A DNA stretch of 26,927 nt from Cyanophora paradoxa CCMP329 (GCA_004431415.1 QPMI01000342.1:1-26927); one strand, 5' to 3'. Numbered from the stretch's first letter, positions 1-11,759 are shown. Made by a program: numbers and translations. Notes: generated by a model not told the origin, from the letters alone.

Positions 1-1151
1 GGCGTGCCCTGATTCAGTACTCCGAGCAAGCTCCTAGACCAGAGGGTGAGGGTGTACCCAGCAATGATAGTTTCTGAGCTTCTGAGCTGAGTCTGCACGT
101 TGAGCCTTGATAACACATGCAAACTAGCTGCGGCCATGTCGATGGGTCGCGCGCAGCAAAAAAGGGAGTAGCCGCACACGGCGTGGCATGCCCGATTTTG
201 TGCCCCGCTCGACGAGGTCCGTGAAGTAGAGCAGCTGCCGTGCGTACAGCTTCCGCTCCTTCGCGTCCGCGTACACCTACGTGTACGCCTCTGTCGGCCG
301 CAGGCAGAACGCAGTGCGCGGGGCTCGCACCTCGACGCTGACAAGCTGCTTGTTTGGCTGGTCGTCATCACCGACGCTGAAAATCAGCTCCTCGGGATAC
401 TGCTCCTCGGACACGACTCTGAGCACCCGCGGCGGCCGATGAGCGCCGGCTACTCGGCATGACGACACTACTGCGTCGCCAGCGCCAACTCGCCACTCAC
501 CTGAACGAGACCGACTTGCTCGTGGCAGGCGCGCTGAGCATTACGCAGCGCCCCTTCCTGATCGCACTGCCAATGCGGACGACGGCTATGGGGCTTACAG
601 CGGCCGCCCCGTCGGCGAGGACTCGTACAGCGATTGATGCGCTCCGCGAGTGGCCATCGGCTGCTGGGTGAACTGCGGACATATCGCAATCGCCTAGCGA
701 GTGAAGCCTTGATCGCAGCTTGCTCTGCCTACGCTCTTTCGAATGCCGGTGCTCAGCGATCTCTGCCTCGCTTCCACGACTACTTATTGATTGACTCTAG
801 CTATAGATCTGTGACGCTTCTGCAGCTGCAGCTGCGTCGCGATCGACGTCGCCCGATCATCGTATCTCGAAAGGCGGGTCGGAGCACATTCGCACGCTTA
901 CGTACGTAGAGACTTCTAATAGTATTATAGCTAGGCTTAGCCCAGTATTCCGATAATCGATCTGTACCCTTGCACGAAAAACGCCGCTCGCAGCACCAGC
1001 TGTTTTTGAGGCCCGGCTATCGCTAGGCTTTCGGTTCAGATCATGGGATCCGAATTCGGATAGACTACATTCGAATTCGAGACACATACACAGGGCCAGC
1101 TGGCGCATGGCCATAAAACCCCGCCTAGCGCTAGGCTCATTCACGAGCGGC

Positions 1152-2710
1152 CTAGAAGAGGAAGGGGAAGATGCGATAGCGGATGCGGGGGTATTCCTTG
1201 CCGAAGTCGCGCTTGTATGCACGATGCTTGTCGCTGGCCCAGATTGCCATCTGGATGGCACCCACCGTCATAAATATCACCCCTGCGGCAGGCGTCAAAC
1301 AGGGCGAGGGGACGCAGAGCAGGGGGCGGGCCGCCGAGGGTCTGGGTCATTATGTTGAAGGCGAGCCAGGCGAGAATCTCGAAGGTGTAGTTGGGGCACG
1401 AGATCAGACAGAAAAGGATTCCTCGCGGAATCTTCCGCTCCTTCGAGCCTGGCGTTCACGAACGTCAGCGCGAGGGAGAGGGGGAGTGAGGCCGTCCGCA
1501 TCCTGACGGACCAGGTGGGCGGAGGTTGCGGAGCTGCACGTGCACGACAAAGTTGAGCAGCTCACACACCTGCCGCCGCGTCGGGCCACACACTTGCCTG
1601 AGGGAAGCGGAGGCGGGAGATTCGCGCACTACCCACATGGCGGCACCGAAATGGATGCGATCGGTGGCAGCGAGGAAGAAACGCCGGCCGCCGACCTCAA
1701 GAACGAGGTCCCGCGGCGCCATATAAAGCGGGTGGTTCACGAAGTACCCAACCAGCAGACCCGCCCCCTGCCCGGCATCAAGCCCCGAGCCAGAGCGTGG
1801 GGGGGAGGCGGGGTGGCGGGTACCCAGTAGTAGGAGCTGTTCTTGAAGAGGTTGAAGAGGGGCATGGTGCCCTTGGAGAATCGGTGCACGAAAAACGTCT
1901 CCAGTATGCGCTTGCCGAAGTGGGCGACCCAGAAGCCCATCGCCCAGCTGCCGCTTAGATCGAACGGCGGCGGGACGCGGTGGGGGCCAGGAAACGGGCG
2001 GACGTCTGGAGCTCGAGTACGTTTCTGTCCTTGGAAAGGGAGCCGTAGATTTGCTCGCGCCCCAGGTAGAGGCCAAGGTAGACGATCAGCGGGCCGAAGT
2101 ACTCCCAGAAGAACACCTGCCCTCCCATCGGGCCTTGTACGGGCGGGGCGAGCGGGGAGGCTGCACGGTCTGGTAGCCGATCTGCGGGCCGAGGTCCTTG
2201 AAGACGATGTCGGGTGGGGGCGAAGTCAAAGCCCGCGCGCGTGCGAGGCTCTGGAGGGCGCGCGCGGTTGAAAGCGGAGCGAAGGATATAGCCATTCGTT
2301 AGCTTGTACTCTGACAGCTTCTTATCGTCGGCGAGGACGATGGGCTTCTGACCTGGGGCGAGGGCGTCAGGCTGGTCCGCATTTCGGGCGCCGGGAACCG
2401 AACCCGCCGTAGTGGGTAGCGTGAGACGCTGCCGAGCCGGTCCGACGCGAACTTTCGTCTCTGCGCTCGCGCGAGAGAGCGTAAGAACCCCGTGGCGACC
2501 GCGTGAAGCCCTGCGCGCCCCACTACAGCCGTGGACGCGTTCCAATAGCTATGATCCACGTGCTCGGCGCGAGTCGCGGGAACTCTCGGGACGCAAAGTG
2601 GTAAACGCACTCTCGCTGATGGCCTTCTTCAACTGCTCGACCGTCGCCGAATCGGGCACGCTAACGCGACCGAGCTCTTTGCCGGAGCGGGTCTTGATGA
2701 CCAGGTCCAT
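1152..2710 (-). CDS. TECR: Very-long-chain trans-2,3-enoyl-CoA reductase (TECR/CER10/TSC13 family; ubiquitin-like N-terminus plus steroid 5-alpha-reductase domain), multi-exon
   Basis: ATG at 2710 ([18 protein letters not shown]...). Exon pieces read [112 protein letters not shown] and [33 protein letters not shown], with the stop at 1152-1154. These motifs are diagnostic for the family. Some splice sites (near 2210-2290) were not resolved. Confidence 0.93.
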
Positions 2711-3459
2711 CCTCGATTCCAGCTCCCTGCACCCTGTACCCCAATCAAACACCGGCAGCGTGACCGGCTGCACCGCTGAACCAGTGCCGCACCACCGTTC
2801 CAAGTGCGGCCAGCCTGCGCAGCGAGGACTCCCCTGCAGCCTCTGCCACCTCGCGTCCAGCAAGCCTTAGCGATGGTACCAGGCTCCTGGGCAGGCTGCT
2901 CAGTCTTAGACGCGCTCGGCGCTCAGGCCGTCCTGGCTCCCACCGTTACTCCCGCTCTTGTCGGCAATCCTGCGCCGTGGGACGTGACGCGTACGCACCG
3001 ACCTTCGTGGTTCGCGGCGCCGGAACGCACGCGGAGACCGGCCGCTGCCTCTCGCACGCCGCGTTCTCGCACGACTTGGCGCTCTTTTGCGCGCTCCAGA
3101 CCGCTGTTCTCGACCGGTGTCCGCGTAACGGCGCCCGTCAGCAGTCTGCAATGCTGTGACGGTGTCGCGTCATCCAGGATAGCGGCTGTTCTGCCGGTCT
3201 CGAGGTGGATACGGGCGCCGGCCAGCACTTCGGAGCCAAAGACGATAGCTATAGCAGCATCGCTCGCGAGCGTCGGCACGCTGCAGCGTCTGGTCTTTCT
3301 CGCCTCTGTTTGGGAAGGCCTGCAGCGGCGTCTGGTCTTTCTGTCGCGCGTGGAGGTGGCGGCGGGCAAGCCGAAGCCACCGAGGCCGGAGGCCGACCCA
3401 GTCGCCGGCAAGGCGGAGTCGAAGGAGGACGTGCGGCCCTGCCTGCCGGATTCTCGAAG

Positions 3460-4249
3460 ATGGACTCCCCTCTCATTTCCCCCGGGCAGGACCGGATCAA
3501 GAAGGTGGGGTGGGGACCTCGACTGAAGGCCGCTTTCGCGAGTGGTCCTGAGGCGGTGCGCCGCAAGCGCCGCGCTGCTCGACCCTGCGGAGACATGTAC
3601 AAGCCGCCAAGCCGGCGGCAGGTCCGTGCCGTGGCATTCTTTGCCTGGGTCCTGGTCGTCACCCTCGCGCTGGTGCGGATTAATTGAGCTGTTGAATACG
3701 CAAGCCCTGCAGGGTTGGAACTGTAGACCGTGTCACCCATGCAGGTACCCCCCGCGGTGCTAGCGTACCCCCTTGTGGCCCTGGCAGACAGGCAGCGGCG
3801 CACGTACGACAACTTGGGGATGGTGTGGTCCTGGGCCTGCACGGCCCCCTTCTTCCGCTTTCACGTCGTGGGTCCCCCACGGAGTGACGGCCTCTACAGC
3901 CAGCCGCCCCCGGCCCCTGCCGGCCCTTGCATTTACGTTTCCAATCACCAGGTGCCTGCCCATCGCCTCCTCTCACCCAGCCATCTGCCTGGGCGCGTTC
4001 AAACGACGCGCCGTAGAGCTGGCTGGATGCGTTCGCAGTGTACGCGCTGGGGCGGCACTTCAAGGTGCCGCCCACGTCGGGCGAGTCGGCCTCGAAGGCT
4101 GAAGCCCGATGGCAGGTGCTCGCGAGAACGGACGTTGTGTACAAGCTTCCTGTCATTGGCGCCCTCGCGAAACTCTTCCGCCACGTCCCCGTAGGCCCGC
4201 CCGCCAAACTGCGCCCCGTCCCTCGCATTCCCCCTCCCCTCCCCCCCCC

Positions 4250-4313
<64 letters not shown>

Positions 4314-5357
4314 CCGCCCCCCCCCCCCCCCCCCCCGCCCCACACCGCAAACCCCCAGCCCACACCCCCCAGCCCGGGCCCCACCCCACCCGCGCATCCC
4401 CCCCCCCCCCCCCCCCCCACCCACCCACCCACCACCCCCAGCCCCACCCCCACCTTTTCACACACCTCCCCTCCCCCCCCCCCCCCGCCCCAGCCCCCTC
4501 ACACACCCCACACACACCCCCCCACCCACCCCCCACCCCCCCACACACACCCATTTTCCCTCCCCACCCCATCCCCACCCCTCCCTTCATTTGACGTCTC
4601 TTCAGAGGTCGGTAACCGGGAGGCGAACGCACGGGCCCTTGAGGTGTGCAGAGACTTCCTTCGAGAGGGAATGCCCCTGTTCTTCTTTGCAGAAGGCCGC
4701 ATCGGGTCCCAACCACGCCCGTCCCACCCCGGGCAACCGCCCTTAAGGCGCCTTCCCGTTCGGCAGGAAACAGCGGCGGCCACGCGAATTCAAGCGCGGC
4801 GCCTTCCTCCTCGCAAAGGCCCGCCCTGTCACGGCACCCTGCACCGGCCCTAGGCCTGGCTCTGATGCCTGCCGCCCGCAGGAACTCGGCGTCCCCATCG
4901 TACCCGTGCACCCCCCAGATTACTCCACTTTTTCTTCTCGTCCGCCGTCCGCCAACAAAGAGTGCCGGCAGGTGACAATCGTCGGAACGGGTCGCCTGAT
5001 GCCGCCAGCCGCGGAGCTGACCCTCCGCTGTCCTCGTCACGTCGGGCCTGATGCTCTCCGTGTGCGCACTCCGCTGTAGCTACCCCCCGCTCGGCCCCCA
5101 AGCGGTATAGAACTTGAGGACAGATCGTGGTTCATCCACCAATCGAGACTGCGGGGAAGAGTCAGGCCGAGCTTCTCCACGTATGTTCCGCCCTGCCCCT
5201 GCCTTCTCGCCCATATGCATTTGTCTGAGGGGCGGGTCATGATCAGGCAACTCGTATGGCCGTCCTTTCGGCGCTGCCCTCGGAAGAGGAGGAGCGCGCC
5301 TTCGACGATGCCTTTGCTCCCCGCGACGTCCCCACATCCCATGGCCACCCAACATAG
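3460..5357 (+). CDS. PlsC-family lysophospholipid acyltransferase (1-acyl-sn-glycerol-3-phosphate acyltransferase-like), multi-exon
   Basis: Hydrophobic N-terminal segment (VAFFAWVLVVTLAL), motif I IYVSNHQ|SWLD, KLPVIGALAKLFRHVP, motif III PLFFFAEG, EFKRGAFLLAK|ELGVPIVP|VTIVGT and IVVHPPI. The last exon ends ...GHPT* at 5355-5357. The start is uncertain (ATG at 3460 or 3595, or an upstream exon from 2873). One intron contains the low-complexity tract at 4230-4590. Confidence 0.82.
4230..4588. repeat. Low-complexity tract: poly-C, (CT)n microsatellite, then C/A-rich sequence, inside an acyltransferase intron
   Basis: Directly visible: (CT)n at about 4253-4312, long C runs and almost no G. Confidence 0.9.
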
Positions 5358-6626
5358 ATTTGACCCTGCCAGGCTGCTCGCAAAATGTGCGACTAATCAT
5401 GAATTAAGTGCCTCCGACGGCTCCTGAGGCTTGGAGCATATGCATGTGCAAAGCCTTGATATCGATCATGAAGCCGTATATACACAGTACGTACCGCCCC
5501 AGCTGCAGTTGGCCATGGAACCGTTGAACTTGCTCGAGCTCGCGATCGTGTTGGTATCATGATCCGATGATCATGATCATATGCATACTATGATCATCGG
5601 ATATGCAACGTTAACTTGGCAAAATTAGGCGCTGACGATTCACTGCCAGGATGATCGATATCATAGTATCACTGATCATGCATAGATATGTGACTCGCGA
5701 TGATCAGTGCCACTGTGAGATCCACGCGGCGCACTGCGGCAAGCCGGCGCCTCAGGGCCGGGGCCTGATAAGCTTTATATATATATCACTCAGTCATGAT
5801 CACTGAGTGACTGTGCAAATTAAATTAAATCGCGATCGTCATGGTGTACATGTTGATCATGAATTGTTCTACCACGTGCATGCACAGGCTACGGAAATTA
5901 TAAACTAAATTTAAAAGAACAGCTAGTCGGACAAGATTTTATTAATGTCATTGAATCTAGCTGAGCGTCAGACACAACGTCCATGATTGTATGTCATCCG
6001 ATGATCCTGCAAAACCCAAGCTCACAATGCCATCAAGCCGAGAAGACTAGCAAGCTTCAAGGGGCTGCATCTTGTGAGACGGGCTCGGGGTCAATATTCC
6101 AACTCAAAAATCCATCACAATCGAAAGAGAAGCAGGATCGGACACGAAGCGGTATGCGAGGTGGACGGTCTCGCTCCCGGAGTCCGCCAGGCCTAGCTAT
6201 AGGGCCGCGCCGTCCACTTGAAGCTCGGGGTGCGGAGGGAGGGAGCGGACTGTCTCGGGGTCCCCGCCTCAGGTCTGTCTCGGGGTGCGGAGCTCGAGGG
6301 AGGGAGCGGACTGAGAGGACGCTGGGGACGGACGCCGCTCGCAGAAGCCAGAGACGATTGCCCTGTCGTCCTGGCGCTTGCGTCAGATGGCGCTTGCACA
6401 GCACTGCAGGTGAAAGGAATCGGTTCACCTGCACGCATATGCGCGGCGGCCCGCGCTTCCTACACCCAGCTTTTAAACTGTCCGCGACGGACTCGTACGC
6501 CGGCGGTTGCACCCTAACAAGGGCTCAGACTACTCTAAAACGGACTCACCTCGTACACGGGATTGCGGCGAGTTGGCAACTTGGCATAGGCTTCTTCCGA
6601 GTGTACCCCGCTCACCAAACAAAAAA

Positions 6627-8147
6627 ATGGCAGCGTTCGTTCCAGCAGCGGCGTTCGGCTCACGCAGCCAGCTGCAGCATGCCCAGGTAGTGGCTTCGGC
6701 GTCTATCTGCCGCCGTGCGCTCCGCAATGCTCTGGGACCCACCCTCGCGCGCTGAACGTCGCTTCAACAGGGCCCCACGCCGATGTCAGCGCGTCGAGCA
6801 GCGGCTTTCACGGCGAAGCTTCGAGCCTGCGCTCGGTGCGGTTTGACGCGTCCTCTCCCCGGAGATTTTTCGTTCACAAGTCCTCTGGCGGTGCGCGAGC
6901 GGTGGGCCTCTATCTGGAAACCTAGCTCGGAGACTGATTGCTTTCGTGCGCGCCGCCTTCGGTCGTCCGGACACGACGAGCAGATCACCGTCGGGAAGCG
7001 CGTGCGGATGGTGCCAGGATTCGTATGGCCGGCCGCAAGGGCAATGACCAACCCCCTCCGGATCTCCCCTCCCTCCTCCTCAACTCTCGCATCGTCTACC
7101 TCGGCATGCCGCTCGTCCCGGCCGTGACCGAGCTTATTATCGCCCAGGTGTGACCGTCCGCGGGTAGCCGCGGGGGTTTTTTGTTCTTGGCCGCATAGAC
7201 ACGCGATTGGTGTTTTAGCAGTTAAGCTTGCGGGTGCTTAGTTTCAGCCAGCTCGAAGCGTCAGCGCATCTGACCACGCCTCGCGCTCAGCTCCTCTGGC
7301 TGCAGTACAACGAGCCCCAGAAGCCCGTTATCATGTACATTAACTCAACTGGCACTTCTCGCGCTGACGGTGCGCCTTGTTAACCATGGCAGGCCTTCAA
7401 TCGGGCCTCGCTCGCTCTCCGTCTCCTCACTCAAAACCCTCACTCTCTTTTCGTTCCTTTGTCTGCGCAGGTGAGACTGTCGGCTTTGAGACGGAGGCCT
7501 TCGCCATCTGCGACACAATGGCGTACATCAAACCCCAGGTCCGCAGAGACCCGCCCTCTCTCTCCGCATGCCAAGGCTAACGCTGTCGTGCGCAGGTGCA
7601 CGCGATCTGTGTCGGCCAGGCGTACGGGATGGCGGCCATGATCCTTGCCTGCGGCACGAAGGCACGAAAGCCCCGCTCTGCGCACGCTCAAAGCCCTGAG
7701 GTCGGAGTCTCGCAGGGCTTCCGCGGGTCACTCCCGCACGCGACAATCATGCTGAACCAGCCTCGCACCAGCGCCCAGGTCCGCGTTGTCGCTGCGCATT
7801 CGAGCGGGAGAGCCCCGTGTTGATATTGGGCGCAGGGCCAGGCGACGGAGATCGCCATCAAGGCGCGGGAGGCGATGTCGAACAGGCAACTCATGCTCGA
7901 AATCCTGGCCGAGAAGACCGGCCAGGTCCGCCGCTAGTCCCGCGCTTTACTAGGGAGCCGCCGACCGCTATCCGCTTCGCCTTGCGAGCCACCGCTGAGG
8001 GTGGGGGGGCGGCAGACGGTGCAGAAGATCGAGCAGGACTCGAGCCGGAGCTTCTACCTGGCGCCGGAGGAGGCGATCGGCTATGGCCTCATAGACCGCG
8101 TACTCTCCCCGCAAGAGCTGCCCCGCGCCGTGCCCATGAACGTGTAG
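6627..8147 (+). CDS. clpR: Plastid-targeted ClpR, the non-catalytic subunit of the Clp protease core (274 aa)
   Basis: Exons 6627-6714, 6771-6835, 6881-6890, 6984-7147, 7291-7369, 7471-7538, 7596-7661 (followed by a GC donor), 7716-7778, 7836-7925 and 8016-8147 sum to 825 nt in frame. Translation includes PPPDLPSLLLNSRIVYLGMPL, MYINSTGTSRADGETVGFETEAFAICDTM, GQAYGMAAMIL (catalytic Ser replaced by Gly), IMLNQP (catalytic His replaced by Asn) and YGLIDRVL, as in cyanobacterial ClpR. The N-terminus MAAFVP... is transit-peptide-like. The first three exons are less certain. Confidence 0.93.
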
Positions 8148-9659
8148 CAGACCCGCCCTCGCGATCCCCGCGGGTTTCAATATACTACGCCTCGTTGTAT
8201 ACGCAGTACTACTCGCGCTCTTACTCTTGGGGAGACGCATAGTGTGCGCGCGCATCTGTCACTGAGTCATGGACTTTGAAGAGCTAGGGCGCCTGAGGCG
8301 GAGGCGAGGTGCTCAGATGTCGACGAGGATGCTGCCATCCTCTACCTTGACAGTGTACGTGTCCTGAGAGGGGGATCGCACTGGCACAGTCGAACTATAC
8401 AGTGTGCAGCGCGCGATCGAAGCTGACGCACGAGCTTCTTGCCCTTATTGATGTTGCCCAGGAGGGAGCCGACGATCTTTGTGCCGGGGATGCCCTACGT
8501 GGCCGGTGGCCGGGGCACGAGCGGTTTGTCGTTTGAATTCGAAGGGGGGGCGAGCTGCAGAGCTCGAGCGAGCTCGAGGCGCGGGTGCCGCACCATGACG
8601 GACTCCGACCAGACGAGGACATCACCGTTCGAGCAGTCGAACTTGCTCCTGCGCGACGAACAGATATAGCGCCCGTTACCGAGTCATCTCCTGTGCTCGC
8701 GCTTGCGTGGCTCGGATAGCTTTGGGATAGAAGCGCAATCGCGATGTGCACGCTCGCGTACTTGTGGAACTTGCACTCGATCTGTACATGTTGCAAGTTG
8801 CCAAGTTGGCCCGTGGGGAATTAGTTAGCGCACGGGGGCGAGAGCTAGAGCAACGCCCGGTGCTCGGAAAGCAGGACGGACCAGACACGTCCCCGCTTCG
8901 ACGCGAATCGGAGACGTGTTCAGCGGCATGTTCAAGTGCGGGCCTGCGCACTTCGTCGGCAACGTGCGCAGCATAAAAACAGACATCCGACGAGTGGCCG
9001 CACATCTGCGCAGGGACACGGGCACGCCTGTCACCACCTTGGCCCGTGCACGTTTGCGACATGATCGAAGAATTCGAAGAATTCGCACTTTGAATTGAAG
9101 GCGTACAGCTTGCCCTGCTGCTTAGCGACAATGATTTCCTGCGGCCGGCCGCAGGCCCGCGCGCGTCAGGTATATCTCAATCTCTCGATATCGCTCCCGG
9201 AGTCCGACGGGGAGAAGTTGCCGCGTTGTCCCTGGATTAAGCCTACTAGTGAGAGAGTATAGCGAGCATTTACAAATCCACAGTGCTTGAGGCTGGCCAG
9301 ACGCCGGCCGGCACTGCTGACGCAAGCACACGCAAGCACCTTCTCTGCGACCTTGACGACCTTGCGGGCATTATCGGCGATTTCTGACTCGCTGCATGCC
9401 TGCGATGTCGGAATTGATCGAATGTTTGGAAATCGCCGCGCAGCCTGGCGCAGCTAGCTGCAGGGCTAGGCGGGCGCAATGTCGACGTCGACGTCGACCG
9501 TCGGACGTCCTTGCACACATGCACCTTGGTCCAGGCGGCGCGTGAAGGGCGCGGCCGAGTACCGGTGCTGAGGCGAGCGATGCGGCGGACGGAGAGCATG
9601 CTATAGCTATCTGGAACTGCGGCAGGCCTAGCTGCAGCTGACGTCGCGCGACGGCCGGC

Positions 9660-9728
9660 AAAAAAAATCGATCAGTCAACAGGAACAGGCCCTGCGGGGA
9701 CTCGAAGCACGGCGAAAATTGGCGAAAA
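9660..9728 (-). terminator. Pol III oligo-T terminators downstream of tRNA-Tyr
   Basis: On the minus strand there is a T4 immediately after the discriminator (9725-9728), a second T4 at 9715-9718 and a T8 at 9660-9667. Confidence 0.6.
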
Positions 9729-9819
9729 TCCGTTCTGCCGGAATCGAACCAGCGACCTAAGGATGACCACATCGTGGTACCGCTACAGTCCTCCGCTCTA
9801 CCAACTGAGCTAAGAACGG
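9729..9819 (-). tRNA. tRNA-Tyr(GUA) with an 18-nt canonical intron (9765-9782)
   Basis: Minus strand reads CCGTTCTTAGCTCAGTTGGTAGAGCGGAGGACTGTAG[cggtaccacgatgtggtc]ATCCTTAGGTCGCTGGTTCGATTCCGGCAGAACGGA. This gives a 73-nt mature tRNA with a paired acceptor stem, A and B boxes, and the intron at position 37/38. Confidence 0.97.
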
Positions 9820-10447
9820 ATGCGAAGTACGACGGAATCATCGGTACTGTTCCGCTTGTCAGCCGGCTCTGCAGAAACTTGGCGTGTACATGTCGCGTTT
9901 CCGGCTCCGCGATCACGAGCGCGCACGTGCTTGATTTTCGTGTGCGCATGCGAACCCTAGGCCTCTTCGCGAAAACGTTAACGGCCAGGTCGCGATCGCG
10001 TGACATCGCCGGCGACTCGCCGCCTCCCTTCAGCAACTTGACAGCATGCGCAAGCGAGCCCTTCTGTTTGCATTGAAGGCTGCTTCCCGTAGGGTCGGGA
10101 AAGCACTTCGAATTCAGAGCAGCTACTAGGCTAGCTGCTGTCACGCTGGCTTGCATGCGCCCGCGCGCGAGTCGCCATCAGCATCTATAGATCGACTCGG
10201 CGACGTCGACATCATAAAGATCTAGAAATCTAGCAGCGCGCGTGGCCATGGATCCCGGAGTCGCAGCGGATTTGCACTGCGCGCGGCGTGCAGTCGTCGA
10301 CTTGCCGGCCAAGTTCAACACGGTTGCAATTGCAACTGCTCTCTTTAGCGTGGAGAGACGGTCTGGTCGACGTCTGAAGACGATGGCCTTCACCGCGTCG
10401 TTCGCCTCGACGAGCTCGCTCGGGTCGCACTGCCGGAGCCTGCAGCT

Positions 10448-10784
10448 TGTGCCGCCCACTTTCCGACTCCCAGCTAGCCCTGGTCGTCGGCTCGAAGCCG
10501 GCAGCTTGCCTTGCCTTGTACCCTTTGTAGCCTGCTATTCCTGGTGCCACGTTGTTGCCAACTGGCCCGCTTATTTTAGCCCTGGGCCCTCGCTTGCCCT
10601 GCGCGGCGCTCGCTTGCTGTCTTGTCCCTGTTCTCTGTACTTGCTGTCTTACGCCGGCTCTGCGCCTGCTGTCTACGTAATGGCACCCGCTTGCCGTCGC
10701 CCTACGGTGCTGTACGGGCCTGTCCCTCCCTGCTTGGGGCGCCTCTGGGCCTAGCCAACTGCTAAGCGCATCCCGCCCAGCGCA
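10448..10784 (+). repeat. 5' LTR (337 bp)
   Basis: Starts TG and ends CA. No differences from 13800-14136 seen by eye. Confidence 0.9.
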
Positions 10785-10798
10785 TGGGGGCTGCTGCG
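10785..10798 (+). other. Putative primer-binding site, tRNA-Pro-like
   Basis: TGGGGGCTGCTGCG abuts the LTR. It is complementary to a tRNA 3' end ...AGCAGCC-C-CCA, and a C discriminator with ...AGCCC is typical of eukaryotic tRNA-Pro. The host tRNA is not in the window. Confidence 0.6.
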
Positions 10799-11506
10799 TT
10801 GGGCTTCGACTTTTTAGCTCGTATGCCTGGGGACGAACGCTGCGCTCTTGCCCGAACCCCTGGACAAGCACGCCATCGTTTGCCTTGGCTTGCGCGTACG
10901 GCCTCCACTTTCTTGTAGTGGGAAGCGCCTATGCGGCAGAGCTTAGCAATACGAACCGCATGGTTCATGCCTTTCCACCCGCCACTGCGCCTTTCTTGCT
11001 TACGGACCTGGCGCACCACTCTTTCTGTAGTGGGAAGCGTCCGCCAACCCGTCTATTGAGCCGCATGCGCTCACAGTCATCTAAACGTGCCGTGGCTGCG
11101 CTCAAGAGCAAATGCTGATGCAGCCCGCGCGCATGTCGAGTGAAACTGTATTGCATTGTATCGGGGGACGACACCACAACGTACTACTAAATGTATTGTA
11201 TGTGGAGCAACACCCTCTACATCTACACACGTCGTCATACCGATCGAATTGCGTGTTGACGCCGATCGAATGATGATCTTCTTGTCGTCGTGGCATGTCG
11301 TTTCTTCTCTGGTCCACGTGCAGTGAGACGTATGATGATAAAAGCTCTCTGAATGAGTATTCTTCATGAACATACCTTCTTTTCGTCGTCGTCTTGTTTT
11401 GTCGAGTTGCCCGCATGCTCGTGACATGCCAGGCTCGCAAGGCAGCTATGAAGCGCCGGTCAATCAATCTTTTCTCTCTGCAGAAAGTACAGAGTCAGCC
11501 CGCCAA

Positions 11507-11759
11507 GACGTGAATGCCCTGGGATAACATGGCCCCAGTACGCGCCCGAGGTCTCACCTACGACGGCTGCGATGGCACCTCTGGCTAGCCCGAGGCACGC
11601 TCAATGGTGGCGAGTGTATCTGAAGAACGCATGGAGTCAAACCGCTGCGACGTGAAAGCCCCTGGGATAACATGGCCCCAGTACGCGCCCGAGGTCTTAC
11701 CTACGACGGCTGCTGTGGCGCCTGCGGACCTCCCGAGGCACGCTCAGCGGCAGCGAGTG
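11507..11759 (+). repeat. Two diverged ~110-bp direct repeats (period 142 bp) inside the LTR element
   Basis: GACGTGAA..CCCTGGGATAACATGGCCCCAGTACGCGCCCGAGGTCT..CCTACGACGGCTGC starts at 11507 and at 11649. Confidence 0.9.

Noticed and set aside
150-700. Short protein-like minus-strand ORFs (e.g. RVVSEEQYPEELIFSVGDDD)
   Set aside because: Interrupted by stops, no recognisable family and no convincing exon chain.
3680-5040. Long Pro-rich, Gly-rich and (RE)n ORFs on both strands
   Set aside because: They are translations of the intronic poly-C/(CT)n tract, which may itself be partly low-quality sequence.
5983-6690. 235-aa plus-strand ORF upstream of clpR
   Set aside because: Low-information R/G/S-rich translation across a local ~55-bp repeat in GC-rich promoter DNA, and not in the ClpR frame.
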